This document shows positions 25,690-34,775 of a DNA stretch of 42,119 nucleotides, one piece after another (position 1 is the stretch's first letter; every line of letters starts with the position of its first letter). A program made the translations under genes and the position numbers. This DNA is from an uncultured Bacilli bacterium (lineage in GTDB: Bacteria > Bacillota_I > Bacilli_A > RF39 > UBA660): NCBI GenBank assembly GCA_947628985.1, contig CANRCA010000002.1, positions 1 through 42,119 on the forward strand. The letters are read 5' to 3'. The notes under the pieces were generated by a model, which worked only from the letters and a program-made list of their open reading frames with translations, did no database searches and was not told the origin of the DNA.

Positions 25690-26588
25690 TATTCAGCCCC
25701 CACATCCTCATGATAATATTTAATACCTGTTATTAAGAAATAAGTATTTATAAGTATTACAAAATGTAACAGCACTTGAACATACCAAGCATCTAATAAT
25801 TGTAAATAACTATCATTTCCTAATAACAATTGAACTAATAATACTAATAAATATAAAGCACATCCAAATGTAAGAAATTGTTTATAAAAATTAGTTCTAT
25901 CAATTCTATCACGATATACACTTTCTACTAACATATCTATATCTTGAAGCATTCCTTCTAAAGCTTCACCTGAATCTTTAGATCCTTCTTTAGTAATTTG
26001 AATAAATAATTGATGCATATTTTTAACTACATAATAGTCATATTTTTCATTCATAAATGTTATAGCTTCATCAATAGTACCATTATCATATGACATTTGA
26101 ATCATTTCTTTTATATCACTAAGTAATGGATCTTCTAAAACTCCTGAATCTCTAACACCTTCTAAAGCTTTAACAAAAGATTGAGTTGTATTATATTCCA
26201 TAATAACGTTTGTAGTGTAAACTTGTATTTGTTCAAATATAAATTCACTATATGCTTTTTTACATCTCATATATGCTAAATATGGTATAAAAGCAATTGC
26301 TAACGCTGCATAAACTATACTCCAAATAATACTATAAAAATATAAATAAGATACAAAAGCAGCTACAATTCCAAATATAATAACTTGAATTAAATATTGT
26401 CTTGGAGTATATTCTTGACCTAATTCTTTTGCTTTTTCACGTACTACTTTAAATGAATATGGAGCATATTTTTCATAAGTATTTCCTATTGTTTTAACAA
26501 TAAATTTATAAGAGTTATTACCTGTATTTCTTCTATAAATATATACAAATATAAATATAGCTACTACAACAAATATCTCAATATACAT
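25689..26588 (-). CDS. tadB: Tad platform protein, TadB-like (single T2SS-F domain)
   Basis: 299 aa with an N-terminal TM, two central TMs, a helical domain (LEGVRDSGVLEDPLLSDIKEMIQMSYDNGTIDEAITFM) and C-terminal TMs. RBS taggaggtg. A split platform (two single-domain proteins) is the Tad/archaeal arrangement. Confidence 0.7.
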   Translation of the reverse strand: MYIEIFVVVAIFIFVYIYRRNTGNNSYKFIVKTIGNTYEKYAPYSFKVVREKAKELGQEYTPRQYLIQVIIFGIVAAFVSYLYFYSIIWSIVYAALAIAFIPYLAYMRCKKAYSEFIFEQIQVYTTNVIMEYNTTQSFVKALEGVRDSGVLEDPLLSDIKEMIQMSYDNGTIDEAITFMNEKYDYYVVKNMHQLFIQITKEGSKDSGEALEGMLQDIDMLVESVYRDRIDRTNFYKQFLTFGCALYLLVLLVQLLLGNDSYLQLLDAWYVQVLLHFVILINTYFLITGIKYYHEDVGAE

Positions 26589-26599
26589 TTTTACACCTC

Positions 26600-27865
26600 C
26601 TATACATCTAATAATTCAAATCCATTTTGACTTTCAGAATTATTATTTATATTTTGATTTACATTATTATCTACTTTAATTAAACTTGGATTATTTTCTT
26701 GACTTACAGTATTTTCTATAACTTGATTTGTTACTTGATTTTGTACTGGTACTTCTTCTTTATGTTCTTCATTATTCTCACTAGTTGATTCTTGTATAGT
26801 ACTATCTATTGGTATAAATGGATCTTCTCTCATCATAACACCTTGACTAGCTAAATAATCAATTAAATGACTAGTTGGGTTATTATAAGTTTCATTTCCT
26901 GTTAAATCACGTGAATATAAAATATTTACTTTTGCTTCATTTGCTTCATCATCAACATAAAATTCTACAACTTGAGTAATTTCTCTTTGAAATCTATTAT
27001 ATTGTTTAGAATAAAATCCTTTTACATGAATTCCAATTTGTATATATCTATGCATACTTTTAACAAATTGATCTATATCTTGACTAGACTCAAGTAGTGA
27101 ATAAAGACGCATAGGAATACTTGATGCTTTATCAGAGTGAATTGTTGATAAAATGTTATGTCCAGATGAAATAGAGTTTCTAACTGCTGTAACGGCTTCA
27201 GCAGAACGAACTTCTGATAGTAAAATCCATCTTGGGTTTTGACGCATACAAGCAACAAGTACATCTGAATATGATGCAATATTATTTGTTTTCATCGCAA
27301 CTATATCTCTTGTTGGATATATTTTATCTAAGTGAAGTTCTAAAGTATCTTCTATTGTTATAATTTTTTCATCCTCTTTTATTTTACTTGCTAAATATTT
27401 TACTAATTCAGTTTTACCACTACCAGTTTCTCCACTTACAAGTATATTGCAGTGCCCTTGAACACAAGTTATTAAAAAGTCATGTAATTTTACTGAAACA
27501 TAATCTTCACTTACTAATTTTTCTTTATTTAATCTTATTTTAGCTGGTGTTTTTCTTATTAAAACAGCTATTCCATTTGTAGCAATTGATTCATGCACAA
27601 AATTAAGACGTAATTCTGCACTTTCAGCATCTAATAATGGATGAGCCATATTAAATGTTTTACCCATTACATTAGAACATTGAAATGCAAGTTTTTCCAT
27701 AACATCATTATTTAATCCTTCAATGTGTTCTGGATATACGCCTTTTGATAAAGATTTTACCCATAATTGTCCACCATTAGAATATGAAATATCTGTAATA
27801 TCATCATTTTCTAATAATGGCATAAGTAAGCCAAAATCTATTTGTGAAAAAACAATTGTGTCCAT
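26600..27865 (-). CDS. tadA: TadA/CpaF-family secretion ATPase (VirB11-like clade) with an N/Q-rich C-terminal tail
   Basis: Walker A VSGETGSGKTE, Asp box ITIEDTLEL, Walker B/arginine region RQNPRWILLSEVRSAEA, His box HNILSTIHS. It lacks the tetracysteine motif of PilB-type ATPases. The last 70 aa or so are low-complexity N/Q/E. Confidence 0.85.
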   Translation of the reverse strand: MDTIVFSQIDFGLLMPLLENDDITDISYSNGGQLWVKSLSKGVYPEHIEGLNNDVMEKLAFQCSNVMGKTFNMAHPLLDAESAELRLNFVHESIATNGIAVLIRKTPAKIRLNKEKLVSEDYVSVKLHDFLITCVQGHCNILVSGETGSGKTELVKYLASKIKEDEKIITIEDTLELHLDKIYPTRDIVAMKTNNIASYSDVLVACMRQNPRWILLSEVRSAEAVTAVRNSISSGHNILSTIHSDKASSIPMRLYSLLESSQDIDQFVKSMHRYIQIGIHVKGFYSKQYNRFQREITQVVEFYVDDEANEAKVNILYSRDLTGNETYNNPTSHLIDYLASQGVMMREDPFIPIDSTIQESTSENNEEHKEEVPVQNQVTNQVIENTVSQENNPSLIKVDNNVNQNINNNSESQNGFELLDV

Positions 27866-27877
27866 TTTTATTCCTTT

Positions 27878-28636
27878 CTAATCAACCAAATCTGGTTCAA
27901 TTTGTTCAGTTTTACTTTCTATTAATCCTCTTAAATATTCACTTTTAATATTAGTTTCTTTATCGTAATTAGCATTTCTTGGAACTGGTATTAATTCACC
28001 ACCGCTTAAATTCATAGCTTTTCTAAGTAATAAATGATAATCTTCAGAAACTGAGAATATTAATGCTGTTGCATTTTTTTGATCTGCACTTTTCTTAAAT
28101 ATATGATTTCCTGATTCATCTTTAACTGCTAGTATTTCAATACCTTCAATTAATTTACCAAGTGCTAATTTTCCATCTTCATAAGTTTTATAATATAAAT
28201 CAATTTTATCTCCAGGATATATTGCATTTCCATATGTAGATGAGGCACTTACTGGTAATGAAACTATTGTATTATTATTAACTATATTAGACCATGCTGA
28301 ATCTGGCATAACACTCCAATCAACTACAGCTGATGAATAAAACATACTTCCTTCAGGAATAAAAGTATTATAATTCACATATTTTCCTAATAATGAATTT
28401 GGATTTGTTATAACATTATCAGTTATCATAGATGAAGCTACTTTAACTGTTTTATAACAATCTTCTGTAATTTCTGTTCTAGCATCAAGATTTTTAGTTG
28501 CTATTGGAATACTTATTGCATTTATTGCTCTATTAACTCTATAGTTATATCCAACTATTAATATTACTACACAAATTATACTAGCAAGTAATGTAACAAT
28601 ACTTTTATTATGAAAAAACTTACTTATTATTTTCAT
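27878..28636 (-). CDS. cpaB: CpaB/RcpC-like protein (SAF-like domain plus beta domain), copy 2
   Basis: N-terminal TM, then IPIATKNLDARTEITEDCYKTVKV and NTIVSLPVSASSTYGNAIYPGDKIDLYY, which match the CpaB pattern (SAF-like segment, then ...PGD.VD...). Paralogous to the adjacent 294-aa protein. Confidence 0.65.
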   Translation of the reverse strand: MKIISKFFHNKSIVTLLASIICVVILIVGYNYRVNRAINAISIPIATKNLDARTEITEDCYKTVKVASSMITDNVITNPNSLLGKYVNYNTFIPEGSMFYSSAVVDWSVMPDSAWSNIVNNNTIVSLPVSASSTYGNAIYPGDKIDLYYKTYEDGKLALGKLIEGIEILAVKDESGNHIFKKSADQKNATALIFSVSEDYHLLLRKAMNLSGGELIPVPRNANYDKETNIKSEYLRGLIESKTEQIEPDLVD

Positions 28637-29517
28637 TGTATACCTCCATCATTAACACCTGAATTATTATCTTGATTTTCAGTATCATTATTTTCTACAT
28701 TATTGTCATTGTTTCCTACAACAGGAACATTTCCTCCAATTGTTCTATCTTGACTTTCAACATCAATTGCATTATCTAAAATATATCTTTGAATAACAGA
28801 ACTTACTACTCTTGTTTCTTTAGGATTTTTAGAATATTCTGCATTTCTTGGAACCGGGAATATTGTACCATTTGCATAAGATGCTTTTCTTAAAAGTAAA
28901 TGCATATCTTCAGGAACACTAAATACTAAATATGTAGGTGATTTTGGAGCACCAATAGTTTCAAAAACATTATCACCTTCACTATCAGTTACAGAAAGAA
29001 CTTTAATACTTTCTATAAATTTACCTAACATTAATTTTCCATTTTCTAATGTAGTAGAAAAATATAAATCTATATAATTTCCAGGGAAAATAGAATTTCC
29101 ATAAGTACTATCTAAAGTTACAGGTAAAGCTACTAAAGTATTTCCATCTGGTATATTTTCATATAAACTTGATGGTAAATCTTCCCAAGATACTACCATA
29201 CTTGAATAAAATAATCCATTATTTGGTATAACTGCTGTATTACTAACATATTTTCCAATTATATCATTAGTATTTGTAAGAACATTTTTATTAACTACAC
29301 CACCTGGTACTTTTCTAGTTGATACCATTTCTGCAGTAATTAATGTTCTTGGTTCTAAATCTTGAGTTGCATATGGGACGTTAACTGGTTCTGTTTCCTT
29401 TTGTATTTTATAATTATATGCCCAATATAAAATACCCAATGCCAATAATATTGCTAAAATTGTAACAGTATTTTTATTTTTTAAAAATCTTTTAATTCCT
29501 ATTATAATAGTATTCAT
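28633..29517 (-). CDS. cpaB: CpaB/RcpC-like protein, copy 1, with an N/D-rich C-terminal tail
   Basis: N-terminal TM, VPYATQDLEPRTLITAEMVSTRKVP and NTLVALPVTLDSTYGNSIFPGNYIDLYF. It has a 4-nt overlap with copy 2. The tail reads GNNDNNVENNDTENQDNNSGVNDGG. Confidence 0.65.
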   Translation of the reverse strand: MNTIIIGIKRFLKNKNTVTILAILLALGILYWAYNYKIQKETEPVNVPYATQDLEPRTLITAEMVSTRKVPGGVVNKNVLTNTNDIIGKYVSNTAVIPNNGLFYSSMVVSWEDLPSSLYENIPDGNTLVALPVTLDSTYGNSIFPGNYIDLYFSTTLENGKLMLGKFIESIKVLSVTDSEGDNVFETIGAPKSPTYLVFSVPEDMHLLLRKASYANGTIFPVPRNAEYSKNPKETRVVSSVIQRYILDNAIDVESQDRTIGGNVPVVGNNDNNVENNDTENQDNNSGVNDGGIQ

Positions 29518-29622
29518 TCTTTTTCCCTCTCTTTATTACCTATTCTATACTAATCCATTATAGCATAAAAGTTCTCTCATATTCAAGATATAAAAAAATA
29601 TTTGATTAAAAACCAAATATTT

Positions 29623-30042
29623 TTAATTAGAACCATTTGCACTTCCTGTTTCTAATATTCCACTTATATATGTATTAATATTTACATCTAAACTATCTGA
29701 ATTAATTTCTGTTGAACCACTTTTTGTTCTAATTCTAACAGTTGCCTTTGGAGGATATTCATGTATATCATAGAAATCTAATTTATAACTTCTAGCATTA
29801 GATACACTTTCTGAAAATCTACGAATAAAAACTTCAACAAATTTTTCCTTAGACATAACAAGTTCTCCTGAACTCATATATGTTCCATAATCTATTGCAT
29901 CAACCATTGAGGCTTTCATAACTTCTCTACTTAAATAATAATCTTCTTCATTAGTTGTAGTCAACCTTTGTACTAACAATAAGACTGCAATTATAATTAA
30001 TCCTAAAGATAAAATTAAATATCCCCATACAGATTCTTTCAT
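29623..30042 (-). CDS. Small N-terminally anchored protein, pseudopilin-like candidate (MKESVWG plus a hydrophobic helix)
   Basis: 139 aa: MKESVWGYLILSLGLIIIAVLLLV, then a soluble domain. It is the first gene of the tad-like operon and shares the M-[KR]-E-[AS]-x-x-G start with 24544..24813 and 23968..24459. Confidence 0.4.
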   Translation of the reverse strand: MKESVWGYLILSLGLIIIAVLLLVQRLTTTNEEDYYLSREVMKASMVDAIDYGTYMSSGELVMSKEKFVEVFIRRFSESVSNARSYKLDFYDIHEYPPKATVRIRTKSGSTEINSDSLDVNINTYISGILETGSANGSN

Positions 30043-30077
30043 AAATTACCTTCTTTCAACTTATCTATCTTATTTAA

Positions 30078-30106
30078 ATTATAGCAAAATACTAATTAAA
30101 TTTAAA
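30078..30106 (-). promoter_or_regulatory. Putative extended -10 promoter for the tad-like operon
   Basis: The - strand reads TTTAAA (30106..30101), a 17-nt spacer ending in TGc, then TATAAT (30083..30078), in the 82-nt gap after the 1301-aa gene. Confidence 0.35.
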
Positions 30107-30124
30107 GTATTTTTTTATAAGTTT

Positions 30125-33100
30125 CTATTTATTACTTGTATATTCTGATATTCCATCACCTTTAATAACATTTACACCATAAGAACCATTTCTTAAATCA
30201 GTTAAAAATTTACTTGTACAATTTAAGAATTTATTATCTACAACATCACATGAATCTTTTTCTATTGTATCATTCATATAACTTCCACTATTTTTAACAC
30301 TTTGATTATAATCTTTTATTTTTCTAATACTAGATGGTGTTAATTCAAAACTATATTCTAAATACTTTTCTGTGCCTATTAAATCATTAGCAGTATTTTG
30401 TATTTGATTAGTTGCATTTACTCCATTAGATGTTGTCCAGTTAGTTTGTAAATCTTTCCTTGATTCTTTATCAGGGAATAAATTATTTAAATCAACATTT
30501 CTATAAATTGTATTTGTTTTTATTGATGATAAAGAATTAGATGCAGATGTACTATCTGGTAAAACAGTAACACTTGGTTCTTTTACATCAACACTACATG
30601 TAAACTTAGTAAAGTTTTGACTTTTTAATTCATTTGTAAATCCATCAGATGCTCTTTTTCTATAATATGTTGATACATCTGACAAAGTTTGAGTAACATC
30701 ACATCTACTTAATCCATTATCTAATTTTTTACATTCATTATATGCTTGTTTTGATAATGGATAAGAATATTTATCTAAATTAATTACATCTGTTTTACTA
30801 GTATTTTTAGATTTATCAATTATTTTACCACTATATGCTTCAACTTGGAATTCACTATTATTATAAAATCCTACTTGAGTACTTACTTCAAATAATGCAT
30901 AATCATTAGCAGGAACATCTATATTTGTAAATCTTTCTTTGTTATTTAAAATATTTGTACTATTAAATTCGTTATATGAATAATTTTCTTTAGTTGCATT
31001 ATATTCTAAACAAATTCCTTTACAATAAGATACATCTGATAATTTACTTGATGAAATTTTTTGCATATCTATGTCAGATGATCCACTTCCTATAGTATAA
31101 GGTTTATTCTGACTTGATACTTTATTTATAACTTCAGCTCCTCCATTATATGTAACTGAATTTTTCCATTCTGTATTTATTCCATAATTATTACTTTCTC
31201 CATATATTGATTTTATATAATTATTTATATTGCCAGTTGTATTCTCAACAGGTTTCCATACACTACTAGGTATATCAGATTCTTTAGCAAAATTACAATT
31301 ATATAAATCATATATTAATTGATTTAAATTTTCACGTCTTGATCCTTCACTTTGTGATTTAGCATACAATACAGCAAATAAATCTTTCCAATTTGTTATA
31401 GTTTTATCATCACCTGGTAATATACTTAAATCTCTATTTGTTATACCATATATTCTCTCCCAATCAATTGAATCTGGGAAAGGTTTATCAAAATATATTT
31501 CAGATACACACTTTCTCTTCATACTAATACCACTTGATAATTTCTTTGTTTCTGTATTAAATGCTTCGAAAGGTTTTATATCATATGTGAATTCTCTACC
31601 TGAAACTGCTTTTATATTATCTGCTAAACTATATTCAACTTCATCACTACAATATACTCTACAGAAATTTCTATTTACTTTAAAGTAATCACTATAATCA
31701 TAATAATTTTTATATTCAATAGAATCCATATTTACTATACAACTTAATGATGGATCTTTTATATATCCTGTATATACACTATTTTCTTTGTTTTGACATA
31801 CTGGTCTTGATGATCTAACACTATAATCACTACAGTTTCCTTGACAATTAAATGTTATATCATATGATACTTCATCAAATCCACTTTCTGTTGTTGTAGT
31901 TCCACTATTATTTATTTCTTCTTTCTTATAAAATGCAAACATAGTTTGTGCATTATCTGGGTTAGGACAAGCTACGTATTTTCTAACACTATATCCTGAA
32001 GTAGATTTTTTATATTCTATTTCTATTTTATATTTTTTATATGTAGTACTACTGTTTTTATCACAAACAGCAAAATATTCTGATTCTATTATTAATTCAC
32101 CTTTACTAGCATCATATATTTTATCAGAATCATTTATATCTATTTCATATTTTTGTCCATTTATATCAACTGCATATAAATGTTTTACTTCAACAGTACA
32201 ATATTGAGATATATAATTTCTATTATCACTATTTAATTCTGGATAATTAAGCCCAGTTGTTTTACCTTGTTCAATTAATGCAGCATCTTCTTGTATTTTT
32301 TTACAACTATATTGTACTCTTTCTGTATTAGTTATTTTTCTATCAAATGTTAATACTACTTTAGATTCTTCCTCTCCTCCAATTGGTTTTTCTGTCTCTA
32401 CTCTAGCAGAATTTGGTCTTGTATCAACTTCATTACCAAATAAAGAATCTAAATGTTCTTTCATATATTTATTTCCAAATACAGTATTAAAGAATAATGC
32501 AGCTGCTTGTTTCATTGTAGTTCTATTACCACACATACCATCTGGAAATTCACTACAAGATAAAGAGTCAAATTTATCAAAAAAATAATTATCAGGTTTT
32601 GTAGGATCTATATAATCAAATTTTTGTTTTGCTATATTATCCATATATATTCGCCATAATCTTGAATATCCTGATGCATATACATTACCAGAAGCTACAA
32701 ATGCAACTTGTTTTGAACAATTATTACCCATTGCCTGTGATACACCAGGCTTTGAATTGTCATACCCTGCTCCACCTGAGTGTGCACCCCATAGCCTCAT
32801 AGCAAGATCTATTACTTTATCACTAAAGTGATAATAGTTTCCTTCAATCATTATATTTGCATAACCACAATCAATAGTACTATAACTACTACTACAATTA
32901 TTTACATCAAAATCTGCAACTTGATAATTATTAGTTGTATTACTGTCAAAATTTTGATTAGGATTTATACAATAAGCTGGTGAATTATTTACTTGAAATG
33001 ATGGTGTACACGCTTCAAAAGTCTTTGTTTCTGGTATACATTGATATACAGGACAAGTTAAATGATATCGTGGCATACCACAAGATGTACACTCAATACT

Positions 33101-34012
33101 ATCAGCGCCTATTTCATCTTTATATTTTTTACATATATCAAGCATTTTACTTTGATTTGCTGATTCACCTTCAAATCCATAATCACCACCAGTAATCCAA
33201 CTATCGTCTGCTTCTGTAGTAAAAACTTTACTTTTTTCATTATATACACATATACCTGTCGCTCTATTATAAGTATAACCCGCATCACATGATATACATC
33301 CAAATGATACGTGTCCATTAGTAGATAATGGACCTGCTTGAGTACCAGAAGGACATTGAATACATTGACTACCGGTAGGAACTTCAGTATATCCAGAAGG
33401 ACATGCAATTCTTTTACAAGTAGTGTTTTGTGTAGTACATTTTTGATAAGTACATAATTTACCTCTATAAACTCCACCAACTTCAGCACACATATTTGCA
33501 TCATGCATGATCTCTCTAATAACTTCACAATTTGGTTTAGTATTCCATGCTACACAACTCATACTAGCATATTTAACATTTTGGCTTGTTAATTTAGGTG
33601 TTTTTGTAGCAGTAAAATAACAAGTGGTTGTTGCTGTTACTTTTCTTCCCTCATCATTACATCTTTGATAATATTGAACAGATGATACTGTTCCTTTTCC
33701 TGATAATGTTGACTTATTACTAACTCTTACAAGCCAATCACTAAAAGACATTTTAGCATCAAGATAGTTATAACCATCATAAACATTATTAAAAATTTCA
33801 TTCCCATTTTCATCTATTGCTCTTTTAAAATTTTCACAAACAGATGCTTTCATATCAAAACCTGCATTACTAGACTGTGTTGTATAACCTATATGTACAT
33901 TACATTTATTTGTCGTTCCAGCATTTATAAAAGAACACATAAAAGAGAACACCAATATTGTTGATATTTTTATTAAATTATTTTTCTTATTTTTTAATAC
34001 ATTAGTCTTCAT
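30125..34012 (-). CDS. Giant secreted cysteine-rich protein, copy B (about 1295 aa), unknown family
   Basis: Sec-type signal (MKTNVLKNKKNNLIKISTILVFSFMCSFINAG). About four dozen Cys by manual count. No C-terminal TM or LPXTG. Collinear paralog of 37691..41296, with a 21-aa identical run (TYDIKPFEAFNTETKKLSSGI) and other near-identical blocks (CRVYCSDEV-[ED]-Y, ENLN-[QE]-LIYDLYNCNF, RNVDLNNLFP, KGDGIS-[ED]-Y). The start is ambiguous (34030 or 34012) and neither has a good RBS. Confidence 0.75.
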   Translation of the reverse strand: MKTNVLKNKKNNLIKISTILVFSFMCSFINAGTTNKCNVHIGYTTQSSNAGFDMKASVCENFKRAIDENGNEIFNNVYDGYNYLDAKMSFSDWLVRVSNKSTLSGKGTVSSVQYYQRCNDEGRKVTATTTCYFTATKTPKLTSQNVKYASMSCVAWNTKPNCEVIREIMHDANMCAEVGGVYRGKLCTYQKCTTQNTTCKRIACPSGYTEVPTGSQCIQCPSGTQAGPLSTNGHVSFGCISCDAGYTYNRATGICVYNEKSKVFTTEADDSWITGGDYGFEGESANQSKMLDICKKYKDEIGADSIECTSCGMPRYHLTCPVYQCIPETKTFEACTPSFQVNNSPAYCINPNQNFDSNTTNNYQVADFDVNNCSSSYSTIDCGYANIMIEGNYYHFSDKVIDLAMRLWGAHSGGAGYDNSKPGVSQAMGNNCSKQVAFVASGNVYASGYSRLWRIYMDNIAKQKFDYIDPTKPDNYFFDKFDSLSCSEFPDGMCGNRTTMKQAAALFFNTVFGNKYMKEHLDSLFGNEVDTRPNSARVETEKPIGGEEESKVVLTFDRKITNTERVQYSCKKIQEDAALIEQGKTTGLNYPELNSDNRNYISQYCTVEVKHLYAVDINGQKYEIDINDSDKIYDASKGELIIESEYFAVCDKNSSTTYKKYKIEIEYKKSTSGYSVRKYVACPNPDNAQTMFAFYKKEEINNSGTTTTESGFDEVSYDITFNCQGNCSDYSVRSSRPVCQNKENSVYTGYIKDPSLSCIVNMDSIEYKNYYDYSDYFKVNRNFCRVYCSDEVEYSLADNIKAVSGREFTYDIKPFEAFNTETKKLSSGISMKRKCVSEIYFDKPFPDSIDWERIYGITNRDLSILPGDDKTITNWKDLFAVLYAKSQSEGSRRENLNQLIYDLYNCNFAKESDIPSSVWKPVENTTGNINNYIKSIYGESNNYGINTEWKNSVTYNGGAEVINKVSSQNKPYTIGSGSSDIDMQKISSSKLSDVSYCKGICLEYNATKENYSYNEFNSTNILNNKERFTNIDVPANDYALFEVSTQVGFYNNSEFQVEAYSGKIIDKSKNTSKTDVINLDKYSYPLSKQAYNECKKLDNGLSRCDVTQTLSDVSTYYRKRASDGFTNELKSQNFTKFTCSVDVKEPSVTVLPDSTSASNSLSSIKTNTIYRNVDLNNLFPDKESRKDLQTNWTTSNGVNATNQIQNTANDLIGTEKYLEYSFELTPSSIRKIKDYNQSVKNSGSYMNDTIEKDSCDVVDNKFLNCTSKFLTDLRNGSYGVNVIKGDGISEYTSNK

Positions 34013-34094
34013 AATATAAGTGTAACACATTTTTATTTATTTTTAAACAAAAAAATATAATGTTAAATCAAACATCATATTCTTCATTTAATAA

Positions 34095-34757
34095 TTAAAA
34101 TTTTTCTTTTTCTTTTTTAATTTTTCTAGATTTTATAATATAAACTATTGTTATTAAAACAAAAGGTGTAAACATATAAATTCCATAATTTATAATTGTT
34201 TTTAATATTCTATTAAAAGACCATTCTTGACTTTGTATTTGATTATCATATTCTTTTAATTCTTCTTTAAATTCTTCTTCTGTTATATTTTGTGTTTTAT
34301 CAGTATAAGTTTGACATAAATCATGTTCTGGGTATTTTTCACAGTATTCTGTTTTAGTAAAATAATTATAAGGTTCTACTGTATATTTTAATGTTTTTAA
34401 TAATTCATTTGGACAAGCACTATTATCATTTCCATATACTTCAAGTGTATAAGTTTCTTCTTTTAAATCTGTAAAACAACCTACCCCATAAATATTAAGA
34501 CTATCATAATTTTTGGCTTCTGCTTTATTTCCTTTACCATCTATTACTATTAATTTAATATCATCTCTAGGTGAAGAAATTGATAAAAAATAGGCATATA
34601 ATTCTTCGCCTTCTGTTATATCGCTTGATGTTCTTGAATCTTTTGTAAATTCTACTTGTACATTAGTAGCCCATTCACTTAAACTTTCATCATTACATAT
34701 TGCTTTTATATTAAACATAAATAACGATAAAAATAATATTAATATTAATTTTTTCAT
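34095..34757 (-). CDS. Small secreted Cys-containing protein with a C-terminal TM anchor (family member 2)
   Basis: Signal peptide, AICNDESLSEWATNVQVEF, GCFTDL, ACPNELLKTLKYTVEPYN, YCEKYPEHDLCQTYTD, an acidic linker, a C-terminal TM and a KSRKIKKEKEKF tail. Well over half of residues look identical to 41296..41961 by eye. Confidence 0.7.
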   Translation of the reverse strand: MKKLILILFLSLFMFNIKAICNDESLSEWATNVQVEFTKDSRTSSDITEGEELYAYFLSISSPRDDIKLIVIDGKGNKAEAKNYDSLNIYGVGCFTDLKEETYTLEVYGNDNSACPNELLKTLKYTVEPYNYFTKTEYCEKYPEHDLCQTYTDKTQNITEEEFKEELKEYDNQIQSQEWSFNRILKTIINYGIYMFTPFVLITIVYIIKSRKIKKEKEKF

Positions 34758-34775
34758 ATTCTCACCACCATATTC

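Noticed and set aside
27073-27279. 68-aa - strand ORF in an alternative frame of tadA
   Set aside because: It is an out-of-frame overlap inside a conserved ATPase core, with no independent support.
30540-30580. Internal LPDST in the 1301-aa protein as an LPXTG-like sorting signal
   Set aside because: It lies more than 150 residues from the C-terminus, is not followed by a hydrophobic segment or basic tail, and is not conserved in the paralog.
32960-33000. PAYC-[IV]-NPNQ motif as the Cys of a thioester (TED) adhesin domain
   Set aside because: [YF]-C-[IVL]-[DNEQ] fits the TED Cys motif. However, the partner Gln motif (phi-Q-x-phi-phi-W) is not convincingly present. One copy has TQLALRLW with Q at the wrong spacing, and the other has IDLAMRLW with no Gln. 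I therefore do not claim a thioester; structure prediction could revisit this.
32980-33528. 71-aa (+) and 139-aa (-) ORFs inside the 1301-aa gene
   Set aside because: Both are alternative-frame or antisense ORFs within the long CDS. Their L/V/I/K-rich composition is typical of off-frame translation in AT-rich DNA.
34013-34030. Track start MCYTYIM for the 1301-aa protein
   Set aside because: MKTNVLKNKK... from ATG 34012 gives a standard signal peptide n-region. Neither ATG has a convincing RBS, so this choice is tentative.
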